From Neophaeotheca triangularis (taxonomy: Eukaryota), in contig BAAIJX010000065.1 in the NCBI GenBank assembly GCA_054600435.1, positions 1 to 64,000 on the forward strand: a DNA stretch of 64,000 nt, written 5' to 3'. The notes beneath the pieces were generated by a model that saw only the letters and a program-made list of their open reading frames with translations, was not told the origin of the DNA and ran no database searches. Both the position numbers and the translations under genes were made by a program. Shown here piece by piece: positions 1 through 12,485 of this stretch; position 1 is the first letter of the stretch; every line of letters starts with the position of its first letter.

Positions 1-116
1 CTCTCATCCTCCTCTCATACGACTACAACATCCCTTCCCCATTCAGCCGAATCCAAAATAACCAACAATGGCAACCAAACTTCCACTCCGACCCCACCTC
101 CTCACCCGCTCCATCC

Positions 117-140
117 ACCCCCCCCCCCCCACATTAAACA

Positions 141-171
<31 letters not shown>

Positions 172-210
172 AAAAAAAAAACCCCCCCCTGACTAACCGA
201 TCCCCCCCCC
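117..210. repeat. Poly-C / poly-A low-complexity tract
   Basis: Several long C homopolymers and an A run are directly visible. Confidence 0.9.
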
Positions 211-214
211 GCAG

Positions 215-553
215 GGAGCACAAAAAGGCGACATCCGCGCCCTAGCAGTAGCAACAGACATCTCACCGCCAGCGAGCCCGTGCGGCATGTGTCGGCAATT
301 CATGCGAGAATTCTGCGAGGTACGTACGCGCGGCGGCGTCCCGTCAAGCCAACCGGGGGGGGGGGGCTCGTAGCCATTTTTTCTCCGTCGCTGATATGTG
401 TGTGCTCTGGCGTTCTAGCTCCAGACTCCGATCCTGATGTACGACAAAGACGGCAAGAGCACCGTCATGACGCTGGAGCAACTACTGCCCTTGTCTTTCG
501 GGCCGGACAAGTTGCTGCCGCCGACTGATGAGGCCGCTGGTGGGCTGGCGTGA
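215..553 (+). CDS. CDD1: Cytidine deaminase, 3' part (exons 215-319, 419-553); 5' part not recoverable
   Basis: The spliced translation GAQKGDIRALAVATDISPPASPCGMCRQFMREFCE/LQTPILMYDKDG...TLEQLLPLSFGP contains the PCGxCRQ zinc motif and the LLPxSFGP tail. Intron 320-418 is GTACGT..GCTGAT..TAG. A CTAAC branch point and a CAG acceptor end at 214. Confidence 0.9.
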
Positions 554-1293
554 GTGAGTTGGGCGAGCTGGGCTGGCGAGTGAGTGTGTGAGTGAGTGAG
601 TGGGCGTGCTGGGGTGGGTTGGTAGTGGTCCCGCGTTTCCTTTCTGGCTGCTCGTCGTAAAGGGGGGAGAGGCTGGTCGATTTCGCGGCCGTGTGGATCG
701 GTCGCTCTGCGGGGTTTTGATGGCGAGCCGGGCAAGCTGGGGCGCGAGCGTGGATGGAAGGGCGTAGACGGCCGAGCTCGAGAATGTAGCGCTTCGCGCT
801 TCCAGGACGGCAGTGGAATGGGAATTTTCGATTCGTTGGAAAACGCGATCCGCCGGAGAGAGGCTTGGACGTTTAACGATGTTCGAGAAGAATTGAAAAG
901 CGATGACGTTCTCAAAACTGATCGCGCCGGTTTACTGCAGAGGTTTGGTCGATGGGATGACTTCGACAGTGCTTCGGGTCGTGGTTGTTTGCCGCTCCGC
1001 TCTTTCGCTCATGTCAATTTCTGTTGGTGAGGAAGTATTTTGTTTACATGGTTTCAGCACTCGCGCAGCTTGCACGTGAACGGTAAGCATTTAGGCAAGG
1101 GGAAAAGATTGTACTCAAATGCCAGCAAAAAGCACAGCAATTCATCGATTCGTCTCTTCTGTCCCGCACATCTACAGTCGTGGAAAGGCAGTAAAAAAAA
1201 GTTCATCTGCCTCTCCTCTAGCAAGATCAAACACCAAAATACAAGAAAAACGCCCGCTAACCGCCAGTACTCAAAAGACTCAAACCCCCTCAA

Positions 1294-3381
1294 TCATCCA
1301 ACAACACTCCCCTCCTTCTCCCTCTCCGCGGACTCCGGAGAACTATCCGGCCCGCGCCTCTCCCTCTGCCTCAAAGTCGAATCCTTGCCCTTGCTCCCAG
1401 CCGTGCGACCAAAATACGCACTAACCTCCTCCGACCAAGCGTCGTCCTCGCCAGCCGCCTCATCGTCCATGGCGCCCTCTTTTTCCGCCGCACGCCGCGA
1501 CATGGCAATCTCCCAATCCCCGCGCATTTCCTCGACGCGCTGCTCGTAGTCTCGAGCCGGGTCGTAGTGCTTGCCGGCGCCGCGCAAGCGCTCCCAGAGC
1601 GAGAGGTGCTTGGGGTGGACGGCCACGCCGTGGTATTCGCTCTCCCGGCCGGAGCGCAGAAAGGCCCAGCGGCGTTCTTGCTCTTTCAGGTCCAGGCCCG
1701 TGGTGTCTGGGAGGAAGAGGAAAGTCACGAGAGCACCGAAGAGGCCGAACCAGGGCACGACGAGGAAGCGCGTGGGCACGTCAATGTAGTTGTACAGCAC
1801 CGCTGCGAGCAGGGCGCCGAGTTTTCCTGCCGCGGCGGAGAAGCCGTGAGCGCTGGCGCGGATGGGGGTGGGGAAGACTTCGGCGGCGGCGATGAAGGTG
1901 ACCGAGTTGGGCCCGAATTGGTTGAAGAAGGAGGAGAGGAAGTACATGGCCATGAAGGATTTGATGCCCGGGCCTTCTGCGTAGTATTGGTAGTTGAAGG
2001 CGGGGATGACGAAGAGGATGAAGTCGCACATGAAGCCGACTATTTGCATCCACTTGCGGCCGTAGAGTTTGTTGTCGATGAGGAAGGAGGCGAGGTAGTA
2101 GCCGCAGAGGGAGACACCAACGTTGCACAGGTTCCAGAGCCAGCCGACCATGACGGATTCGTTGCCGGGAGTCAAGGCCGCGATGAATTGGGCTTGGAAG
2201 AGTTTGTTGCCGTAGAAGAAGACGTCGTTGGCAAACCAAGCGCCCGCCGTGGCGAAGACACGCATGCCAAAGTAGTTGAAGGTCATCTTGAGGGACTGTG
2301 TGTCGTAGCCAGTGACCGACTGCTTCTTTTTGGCGTTTTGAAGCTGTTTGGATGCCGAGCGCATCTTGTAGACACGGAAGTACACGAGCCAGAGAGTGCC
2401 CACTGCTGGGATTGCAAATGACACTCGGTAGGTCCATTGTGCAGCCACTTGGGAGTAGGGCGGGCTGCCGGAACCGTGGTGGAAAATCAGCAGAAGCAGG
2501 ATAAGAATGACTTGGTTGAGGAATTGGCCCCATCCTTGCATCAAGAAGGCGCTGGTGACTTTACGGCCACGATGCAGACGGTCTTCGCGAGTCGAGAGCT
2601 TGCCCGAGCCAATTGCATTCTCCATACCGGAAGTGGCGGTCATGGGGTACTCGCCACCAACACCGATGCCGTAGAAGAAGAGTGACCAGACGTAGCAAAT
2701 GACCCAACCGTTTTGCGTCACTCCCCAAGCAGCTGTTAGCATGAGGAGACCGACGAACATGATGACCGCATCTTGGATGAGACCGAATCGTCGACCGAGC
2801 CAGTCACCGAGAATACCGACAAGGATCTGTCCGACGATGATTCCGCAAATCTCGAGGTATTCGAGAGCATTCAACCATGTGGGGTTGCAAATGGTCTGAT
2901 CCTCCCAACAAGCCGGGAAAGACGCCTCCAGTAGCGGTTTAACGTTGCCAATCGAGAACAGCACATATCTAAAGAAAAAAAAGTGTTAGCAAATCAAGCA
3001 CGATCTTCGTGGTCAAAACAAGCCCTCATACCCCTCTAAACCAAGCCCAGCTCCCGAAATGACCATATTCCTGAAATACCAACCGATAGGGCTTAGAGGA
3101 TCAGCCTTCATCATGCGACCAATCTGGGACAGCTCCTTTTTGGCTTCAGCATTGTCGACTTTTGAAACGAAGCGCATGCGCTTGAAAATGTTCATGTCGG
3201 CCCAGTAAGTTCCGTTCTCGTCGTAACTATCGTCCGGTAGCAGCAGCGACTTGAAAGCGGCAGACTCGCTGTTCTGCATGTCCTCCAGCGTCGGCTGCTC
3301 GGTCGCGACGTGCAGTCCAGTGCGATTTGGCCCATGGGGTGCTGCCAGACCGTAGTCCCGCATCGAGTTCTCTGCTGCCAT
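1294..3381 (-). CDS. MFS phosphate / glycerophosphodiester transporter (Pho84/Git1 family); intron 2969-3031
   Basis: Splicing joins ...GLGLEG to YVLFSIGNV... Motifs GDWLGRR, GIGVGGEYP and FNQFGPN..TF..AAEVFPT.IRASAHG are present, with about 12 hydrophobic segments. Confidence 0.88.
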
Positions 3382-3596
3382 GGCGGTCTCTGGTTGGTCG
3401 CTCCACGTCCTTGTGATAAGCTATGGGGCGCTGCTTGGCAAGGCAGGAGTCAAGAGATGTAAGGAACAGAGAAGGAATGGGCCAAGCTTTGTAGAAGGTG
3501 CTTGGAAGAGCTTGTCAGCTCGCCAGTGGCGCTCGGTGAGGGCCGTCTGCAGGTCTTGCGTGGACGGGGCGGGAAGAAGTCGAGGACCGGACAGAG

Positions 3597-3667
3597 CACG
3601 TGTAGCAGGGAGTCTGCCTGAGTGGCTGGATATCCCGGGAAACAATAATGCTAATGCCGCCCACGTG
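3597..3667. promoter_or_regulatory. Two CACGTG E-boxes (candidate Pho4/NUC-1/PalcA sites) upstream of the phosphate-family transporter
   Basis: CACGTG occurs at 3597-3602 and 3662-3667, within 300 bp upstream of the ATG at 3381. Confidence 0.5.
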
Positions 3668-3937
3668 CTGAGAGTTGTCGAGTGAGCCCGGTTCGTAGAT
3701 GGCGCAGATTGTGCCGCTTGAAGATCACTTGGCTCGCGACTGGGCGAAGTCTTAGCTATACCAGAGTGGAATGTATACCCAAATCAAACCAAGCAATACG
3801 GGACGACGATGTGGGTGGAGTGATGAAACAGAGAGGAGAAGAGTAGTAGTAGTAGTGGTGAGGTGGTGGAAAGAAAGTGTCGAGTCGAGGCTAAAGAGCG
3901 CGGGTCGAGACTACCTTACCGCATTGGCGCAGCGAAG

Positions 3938-3939
<2 letters not shown>

Positions 3940-3970
<31 letters not shown>
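3940..3970. repeat. (GA)n microsatellite
   Basis: Perfect GA run. A (TACCC)n-like array follows at about 4005-4030 and an interrupted (CT)n lies at about 4559-4589. Confidence 0.95.
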
Positions 3971-3971
<1 letters not shown>

Positions 3972-4831
3972 CAATGGCGAGGTTGCTACTACCAACTTAG
4001 TCTACTACCCTCCCTACCCTACCCTACCCTACTTGCTCTTTCTCTACTTTGTACCGGCCTATGCCTGACGTCCGCACCAGCCTTTTTCCGAGGCCGCACC
4101 AGGCTACCCTTTCCTGCCTACAAAATCATCCCAAAAAAGAGGACGAATTCGCAGCGTCTGGTGTTGACGACCAACCAGGGATGGCAAAGATGGACCCCCG
4201 GCCTACCGGGCAATGACGAAATAAAAGCCACGACGGACCGTCCAGTCTCTTCGAAGCGCGCACAGCTCAAAAGTTGAGAGTAGTCGATCGAGAGTAGTTG
4301 GGAACAAGAGTTTTTTGGACAAAATCGAGGTCCGGCTCGGCCAATCACGCGCTTGTGTTTGAGCACGTTGTGCGACGTTTTGCAGAAGACACTTAAGGTT
4401 AGGTAAGGTACCTAAGGTACTAGTAGGCAGGGCACTTTTGCCGTCGTCGGCGAAGCTTTGCCGTCGCCGTCGTTCGCGAGGAGCTTACTTGGGTAGTACT
4501 CCACTAGTACTAGTAGGTACTCGTGTGGGTCTTGCAACCTGGACCCTTGGCGCCTGGGCTCTCTCTCTCTCTCTACTCTCTCTCTCTCTTCAACGACACG
4601 GGCACACACGGGTAACATCAGTCCCCCCTTTCATCCCCCACGACTTCAATATCGTGCACCACATCACAATTCGACGCCATCTCCTTGTAGGAAAAAATAC
4701 TGCAGCTTCCCAATAAAGTACGCCCGCAGCGGTCTCGTTGCTTGGAACTCGAAAACAAAAAGAAAACATCCTATACAGGGTATATAAACCACGCCCGCTT
4801 GAAACGCTGCACAAACCCCAAAACACCATCT

Positions 4832-7044
4832 TTACTGCTCCTTTCTCCCCTCCCGCCGACTAGCACTACTAGCAACCCTCTCAGCACCCTCCTCGACCGT
4901 ACCTTCACCTTCCACTCCCCCACTGCCACTGCCACTACCACTACCACTACCACTACCACTCCCATCACTGCTCCCCTCCCCTGCCTTCTCCCCACCCCCC
5001 TCACCAACCCCCTGCTCCTCATCCCGCCTTCTCTTCCGATCCAACTCCAAATCCGGCGCGGGCGCAAACTTGCTCTTGGCGCGAATCTTCTTGCCCATGA
5101 AGTAAAAGACAAAAGGCATGGGGATGAGCAGGGCGGACACGCAACCGAGCAGCGTCATGCCGTAGTTGATGCCGATGCCGTTGAACATGTAAGAAGCGAA
5201 AAGGGGGAAGACGGCTGTGTGGGCGGGAATTGTCAGTGTCGTTGCTCTTGTGTGTCTGATTGGGGTTTTTGGAACTTACCGCCGAAGATTGAGCGCATGA
5301 AGGTGTTGGCCGCGATGGCCGAAGCCGCGAATGCTAGGTACGAGTCGACTATGTAGTTCATCAGTTGCAAGAAGACTGTGAAGATGCCGAAACCACTGCA
5401 CAAGCCTGAGAGCGTGGGGACGATCCAATGGATTTCGTCGCCGCGGTAACCAGTCCAGCCGAACCAGAAAAGCCCAATGGTGAAGGACACGCCACCTGCC
5501 ATGACAATGGGTAACCGCCACTCCGGCACGGGGACGTCCTGGTTGTTCTTTAGTTTGCGCACGTAGGATGGGTTCAACAAGACAATGGTAATGAAGCCGA
5601 TGATTTGGCCTGTAATCATCCCGAAATATGGGAGTCCCGCCACGCCGGGGGACCAGCCGTAGCGTTGCTGGAAGACGATGGAGTAGGCTGTGAGGAAGAG
5701 GTAGAGCAGGCCGTAGAGAAAGGACATGTACAGCGTGACGAGCAGGACGATGGGCTCGGTGAAGAGGATACGCAAGGGACGAGAAACGTTTTTGACCAAC
5801 AGTTCGCGCAGGTCGATTTCGACTTCCTCTTGTCGGGCGTGGACGCCCCAGTTTTTGGTCAAGCGTCGGATTTCGCTCGCTTTGCTTACGAGAATCACAG
5901 GGCCGTAGGTTTCGTGTTGAAAGAGGGTGATTAGGATGCAGGAGGTGAAAGCCATGAACGCTGGGATGTAGGCGGTCCAGCGCCAGCCGAGGTAGGAGGT
6001 GGTGATGAAGCCGCCGATGAACGGCCCCATTAGCGGCCCCATGAATACTGTCGCGCCAAAACATGTGATGGCCAGGCCGCGGACTTTGTTGTTGTACATG
6101 TCAGCAAAGACGGCGGCAACAACGGCGAGTGGACATGATCCAAACAGGCCGGAGAAGAATCTACCCAACATGAGCGTCTGATAGTCTTTGGCGACGGCGA
6201 CAGATATCATAAAAACCCCAAAAGCAAACGAGCCGATGATAAGGGGCACGCGCCGACCGTAGAGCTCAGACATTGGCGCCCAGATGATCGGGCCAAATGC
6301 ATAGCCGAGCACAAACAGAGAGGTCCCGAGTGTCGTTACTTCGCTACCGACGTTGAATTCTTGACCGACTGCGGGAGCGGCATTGGAGAAGACGGAAGAA
6401 GCAAAAGTCGCGGTAAAGGAGTCCAAGATCAGAATGGCGGAAATGTACAGCTTGCGCTTCAAAGGCCAGTTCTGAGCGTGTAAAGGATCGTCGTGGCCTT
6501 CGAACTCAACCACGTACTCCTCCCTCTCAGGCAACGGAGGTGGGTACGGCTTGTTCCCACCAAACGGCGGGAGAGCTTTCCTGCTCGCCCTCGACCGTAT
6601 CGTTGACCCGACAGTGTAGGAGTGCTGGAGGCGGTGGTTTTCAATGCGCTGGATGGCCGTTGGATGTCTCTCCAGGTATGCGAAGAGTTCTGCTTCCATT
6701 TTCGTGGAACCGCGGCTCTCCATCGTGGGCCTCGAGCTGGCGTTACGTAGCGACTGTTGTTGCACCGTCGAGAGGGAGCCAACGCTGACAGAGCTCAAGG
6801 AGGACCGGCGGCTATGCGCTTCTTCAACCTCCTCTTGGCCTTTGCCTTCATCGTGGCTATCCATGGCCCGGGCACTTGGCCTTCTCGCTGTGCTCGTTGC
6901 GCTCGCTGTAGGATTGATGGCGGAGCTGTCGCCTGGCATCTGGCTATGCCGTCGAGGTAGATCGTGACTTGGGTCGTATGTGTCGTAGCGATCGGGACTG
7001 GCTTCGCGCTCAGCCCGCAAGATGTCTCGATCCTCTCGGTCCAT
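4832..7044 (-). CDS. MFS drug:H+ antiporter (DHA1 family); intron 5215-5279
   Basis: Motifs DPLHAQNW, GPIIWAPMSELYGRR and PEWRLP. The splice joins RSIFG to AVFPLFASYMF. The C-terminal (GS)n tract is encoded by a hexamer repeat at about 4921-4961. Confidence 0.92.
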
Positions 7045-8062
7045 GGCTAAAGCCTCGCGATGTCGACTCGTCGAAAACCAGTTGTCTTGTTCGCGTGATT
7101 GGAAACTGACTACTCTTGTGCTGAGTAGTGAGCGTTAGACCGCTCGAGTGCAGAAGCGCAAAGAAGATGAAATCGGGGTACAAAAGCTCCGGGAGCTCTT
7201 CCAAACCTTAATAGCTCCGCGGTCGATGATTGATGAATGAACGACGTGTGCGAGAGCGTGATAACGCAGAGACTTCTCTTTACTGTTACGCTGCGGGCGA
7301 GCCATGGCCTTCGGTACATGGACATGGCTGCGCAATCCCTACCTACCTACGTAGGGTTTGTATGGCATGCTAAGGTCAATGAGGTCAGATTTTGCTAGAT
7401 TGAGGTCGGCCCGTGAGTCGGCATTCGTTACCGGGCTGACAAAGGGCGGCGGATTCCGCTTTCCATCGGTTTAACGGCGACGAGCCGACGACGACCACGA
7501 CGACATACAATCAGCCCGTCCCACCCTTCACAGCAACACTACCTACCTCATGTACACGAGCTGGACGGGCAGTCTCAATATTTCTCGCTGCTTTCCTCTT
7601 TTCCTCTAGCTGGCACATCGAAGGCGATGCGGCTGGCGCAGGCCATATCTGTTCAATTTGGTGAGGCGTTCGGTCCAAGGTCTACACACCACCACTCAGC
7701 AACAGCCCGGTCCAGGATGTAGTAGGACCTCCTATAAATCACAAGTACCGACGATACTAGTGAACGGATTACTCCAATCGACCTAGCCATCATCAACGAC
7801 AGGATGTCTGTGTCAAAGGTGGGCTACAGTTGATTAACTGCAGAGCATGCTTCGAGCTAGATTATATGGCGTGAAGGGCTCTTGGCAGTCGTTGGCGTTT
7901 TCGTTGCTATCTCATTCTCAACAATAGCGTTGATCAGTCTCTCTATCTTGAACGCCCTGCTGGTCTGCCTACTGGCCTGTAAAAGATGGTGGAACTCATG
8001 CAGCGAAGGAGGAAAGTGTCGTACTAGTTCATCACTCTAGCCCCCTTTCTGCGTTTCAAGTC

Positions 8063-9029
8063 TCATTTCTTCCCAGCGGCAACAACAGCCCAGCCGTTCA
8101 GTTTCGCAGGTGCCTCCGGACACATCTCCTTCAACTTCCGGAGCATGATTACGGAAACCTCTTCAACCTCCGCCGGCCCCATCTGTTCCAACTTCGGCTT
8201 GACCAACGGATTCAGCTTCATAAACTCGACAAAGCTGTCATGCGACTCAACCGCCAACTCCACCTTCACCAACTCCGTCACCACCTCCCGGAACCCAGCC
8301 TTCTTAAACTCCCCCTTAACCCCAGCTTCCGTCGTCCACTCCTGAGGCAACTCCGGAAACGGCTCCAAATCCGGCCTGACATGCTCAAAAGCGCTCATAA
8401 TCTCAAGCCACTGCGACCCCTGCCACGAACTCGCCGCACAAGCCCCACCCTCCCTCAAACACCTCCACGACTCTCTAAGCGCCTTCTGCGAATCCGATAC
8501 CAGAAAGTACACAAAATTGGCCAGAACGTGGCTCAAACTCCCATCCTCGACACCGCTCATATCGCAAGCATCGATAACCTCGGCCCGAACCCTCCCCCAC
8601 GCTTCCCCTTCTTCAGCACCCGCATATTCATTCCCTTTCCGCCCCGCGACCATCTCCGCCATCCCCTCACTGAAGTCTCCACACTTCAGCTCACAATCCC
8701 TCGGCAGAACGCGAGCGTGTCGTTGGAGCAATTGCGCCATCACGACTCCCGAGCCGCAGCCATTATCGAGCACGCTCGTCGCGCGAGAATAGGGCCAGAT
8801 GGCGTCGGTGTGCTTGAGCATGCTGGCGACGGCTGAATCGCCGAGCTGGATTTGCGAGTAGCGCGCCATCGTCGCGGCGAAAGCGCTCCATTCGGTTTTG
8901 GACATGTCTTTGTCAAGACGCAGTGTTAGTCGGGAAGGTGTTGAACTGAATTCAATGGGGAGGGCGCTTACCGCCGCCTAGCTTGTTGATGCTGGCTTGG
9001 GCGGGGGGTGAGGCTGTCGTGGCCGCCAT
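8063..9029 (-). CDS. Class I SAM-dependent methyltransferase; intron 8908-8971
   Basis: VLDNGCGSG motif I, DFSEGM and IDACDM. An upstream exon MAATTASPPAQASINKLGG joins in frame via GTAAGC..CTAAC..AAG. Confidence 0.85.
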
Positions 9030-10701
9030 TGTGGTTTGGTGCTGGGTAGGGTTGGTTTGGGCCAGAGTTGGAAAGGTGAGTGCTGGTACTCGTTGGCTGA
9101 CGGACGTTCTTCTAGAAATTTGTGTGGCTTGTTAGTGCTAGTGAGTGGTAAGACCATGAACGAGGATGGTGGAGCTGTGGAAAGAAGCGGACAGAGCGGC
9201 AAAGTAGCCCTTGATATAGACACGCCCGGCAACTTAATATCTGGTCGCATATTACCTCTTATCGCTTTGCGAACGCGAGAAGCTGCTGTCGTGCTTCTAG
9301 CAAGCTTCAGTGTGTTGTGTTGGACGCCTAGAACCAAAGTCTCCGGAAAGGTTAGCGTCAAGTACCGCGCGCGCCGTTCGGAGAGTTTGGTGACCGGTTA
9401 CATTTACGAGACTGGATGTGAGAAATGTCCGATCAAGTGCCAGATAATATTTGATGCTGACAACATGCTGTCGAGCCGGGCCTTTATATATTGACGTAGC
9501 CCGGAAGGTTTCTGGATCCTGTCAGCGGACGTTTTGAATCGCTGTCTCCAATTGGCAGTAGACGTCTGGGGGCTACGTGGGGCCCGGTATATTCCACCGC
9601 AGGCAGGCGAGGTGCTTCAGAACTCTCCCCGTTGCAATTCTTGAACCTCTCGCGGAGAGAACTTCGAGTCGGAGACAAATTGAGGGTTCAAAGGTATAAA
9701 ACGAGAATCCAGGTTCGAGGGGGTGCTAGCCACGTGCAGTGAATTCAGCGTACTTTAGAGTCCCAATCGTGCCCCCAGACTCAAAGCGATTTCTGCGGCA
9801 GGGCTTAGAATCTCTCTGCTGGCAACTCCAGATGCCCTGGATGCGGAGCCCGTTGACAAAAATATTCGGCAAACAGTGGTGTAGAAGCGAATAAAGAAGT
9901 TCTCTGGGCGAGAAAATCGGCTTTGAACAGCACACCGCAGTACGATCGTCGGGCTAGGAAACGTGTCCCTAATCTTCCAGGGCGTGTAGTGGTGCCGAAG
10001 GCGCGGCCGCGGGTGGCTAGGGTTCTCACCTTTGGGAATCATGACTTCTCTGCGGGTTCACAGTTCCGCTATGGTTACCGTGTGGCTAGAGCGCCAGCTT
10101 CTTTCGTTGTCGTGTCTAATGGAAAACCGGCATGGCACGGCGAGGCTGCGATGCGGGGCTCGCTGGTGAAGCAGCCCATTTCCGATGGTCTGAAGTTTTA
10201 GATCTCCTCTCGGTGGATTGCGAGAAGGAAGGTTGGTCAGGTCTTGTATCCCAGTTGCGATTTTGAGATGCTTGATGGGAAAGCGAAAGCGGAGGCGGTA
10301 CAGCTGTGTAGCCTGGAATGGCGCGCCAGGGCGTCAGAGGTTGACCTGGGCTTGATGCAGGCTTGTGCTTCCTAGCGAGCCGAATTCATTGGAATGAAGG
10401 CGCCATGGGCAGCGCGATGCGGCCGATGCGGTGCTGGTTTCGATCTGATCTGGATCTGCGGCTGCAAGTCGAGTGATGAGTTAGGAAGGAGAGAGATAAT
10501 ACTATACTATGCCTCGAGGAATTGGATTAATGGCTTCATGAACTTCATTGATTGATGCATGCTACGACTCCGGGCGCTTTCGCTCAACTCGCCATGCTCC
10601 ATGCTTGCACCGAGAACGCCACGCTGATCCATTGATATGCTAACCCCCTCAAACGCATTGCTCTTTTATGCTAAGTACGAGACCGCCCGGGACAACTCCC
10701 C

Positions 10702-11805
10702 CTACTCATCCTCCGCCATTGGAAATTTCTGCTTTAGCGCCTCGTAGACGGTGAAGATGAGGGCCGAGCTTGGCGCCGACCTCGCCAGGGTGATGCCGCA
10801 GCCCCTGTATAGCCCGCCCAGTCCGTGAGACCTCCACAACGCCCAGCCCACTTTCATGAATGTCTGTCTGCCGTGCATTGCTAGCTCCCCGGTCTGGATC
10901 TTGCTCTTAATGGTGTCCGCTGGGTAGAACAAGAAATTGTAGCTGCAGCCGGCTACCGCTCCGGAGAGGAGGGATTGCCAGAGAGCGACAGTAAGCTCGT
11001 TGTCGGGAACACCGGGGCGAAGGACGCGCTGCTTGTCTCTGAAGAATTTGATGAGGGCCTCGTGGCTGCCGAACCAGGCGGCACTACCACCCGTCTCGCG
11101 GATCAGAGTGCCCAATTGTCCACGCCAAAAGCCTTTCATCCCTTCGCTGCGGTACACATCTGCGATGACGGCTTGCGGGCTAAATGTGCGCACAGGGCCC
11201 GAGGAACGAAGGCTCGGGTCCAAAACGTTGTTGAGGGGCACTTGCATGCGGCACTTGATGAGCTCGATGGGTGTGAGAATGAGTGACGTGACAGCACCCG
11301 AGGCGGATCCAGCTAGGAGTAGAGCCCAGAGGGGGAGCTCGGGAGCCTTGCCGCCCTTGGCCTCGATTTCGCGGCAGCGCTTGTGAGCCTCAAGCTGGTC
11401 CTTGGGCATAGCGGTGGCCCAGATGGCCGACTGTGCGACCTCGTAGGCGACGAAGAGACTGGCATTCTCTGCCGCGGCACCGAGGAGAGGAGCGCTAAGG
11501 CCACGGTAGAGTCCGGAAATACCCTCTGATTTGAAGCTCTGTTTGAAGCAATCGAGGGGGCCGGTGTAGCGTAGAGGGAGATGGTCCGGCTGTGACTGAA
11601 GGCGGACCTTGACAGTGTCGAAGGGGTACTCGAGGAGCTTGCCCGTCATACCGCCAATGGCGCCGAATGTGATCTCCTTGAATGCGTTTTCGAGCGCCTT
11701 GGCCCCGGATTTTGCATTCTGGACGACTGGTGGAGGATCCTCCTCATATTTGAACTTGCTCATTTCGCCTCCCACTTCATGCCGATTGTTAGTTCTGGTG
11801 TCCAT
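10702..11805 (-). CDS. ORT1: Mitochondrial ornithine carrier (SLC25; Ort1/Arg-11 type)
   Basis: Three PxD/ExxK carrier signatures (YPFDTVKVRLQ, TPIELIKCRMQ, YPADTIKSKIQ), plus GAAAENASLF and RETGGSAAWF typical of the Ort1 clade. Confidence 0.88.
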   Translation of the reverse strand: MDTRTNNRHEVGGEMSKFKYEEDPPPVVQNAKSGAKALENAFKEITFGAIGGMTGKLLEYPFDTVKVRLQSQPDHLPLRYTGPLDCFKQSFKSEGISGLYRGLSAPLLGAAAENASLFVAYEVAQSAIWATAMPKDQLEAHKRCREIEAKGGKAPELPLWALLLAGSASGAVTSLILTPIELIKCRMQVPLNNVLDPSLRSSGPVRTFSPQAVIADVYRSEGMKGFWRGQLGTLIRETGGSAAWFGSHEALIKFFRDKQRVLRPGVPDNELTVALWQSLLSGAVAGCSYNFLFYPADTIKSKIQTGELAMHGRQTFMKVGWALWRSHGLGGLYRGCGITLARSAPSSALIFTVYEALKQKFPMAEDE

Positions 11806-12485
11806 GGTGTTGATTGTTCTTCTTCTTTGTCTCTCCCCAAGTCCTGGTCAAGTTGCCAAAAAGGAAAGGCCTGGGTAAGAGTGGGTGAAGGGGATGTTAT
11901 CGCGGCAGCATGGTAGGCTAGGCGGCGGGGACGAAAGAGTGAGAGGTGGTGAATGAGGTTTGGGAGTGAGCTACTTGTGATGGTGATGTCGGGTATGTGG
12001 TGATCGTCGAGGTGAAGCGCGGCTCGCAGAATATGAGTTGGAGTCTGAGGTGAAGTCGCGCAATACGGTGGATCTCCAGGGAAGAAGCCGTCAAGTGGAG
12101 GGGGTCAAGAGGTGCACGCGTGCAGGCGATGTCGGTGAACGCTGTGTGACTGTGAGCAATCAAACTTTCCGACTGATGTTTTCTTCACATGTCGAGATTA
12201 GGCAGGTGCGTAATCTGATAAGATTGCGCGGCAGAAGACCGGCTACCTCCGCCGCCGCCCACTGCCAAGAGTCAGGCCAGAATCTTCTCTGCGACGACGT
12301 TCCATGCTGCCTACTGCCCCCGACTTCCTCTTACCAACCACCGCCACCGCTCCATCAACGACGACGAGCCAGTAGTGAAGTTCCATCGGCGTAAGGTATT
12401 ACAGCACCGTACCAACTCACATCACCACGATCAACACACGACTCACATTAGCAAACCCGAACTTCAGAATACATTCTTCGCCACA

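Noticed and set aside
9480..10600. GC-rich gap with several short ORFs between the methyltransferase and ORT1
   Set aside because: No frame gave a recognisable protein or a consistent splice model. Left unannotated.
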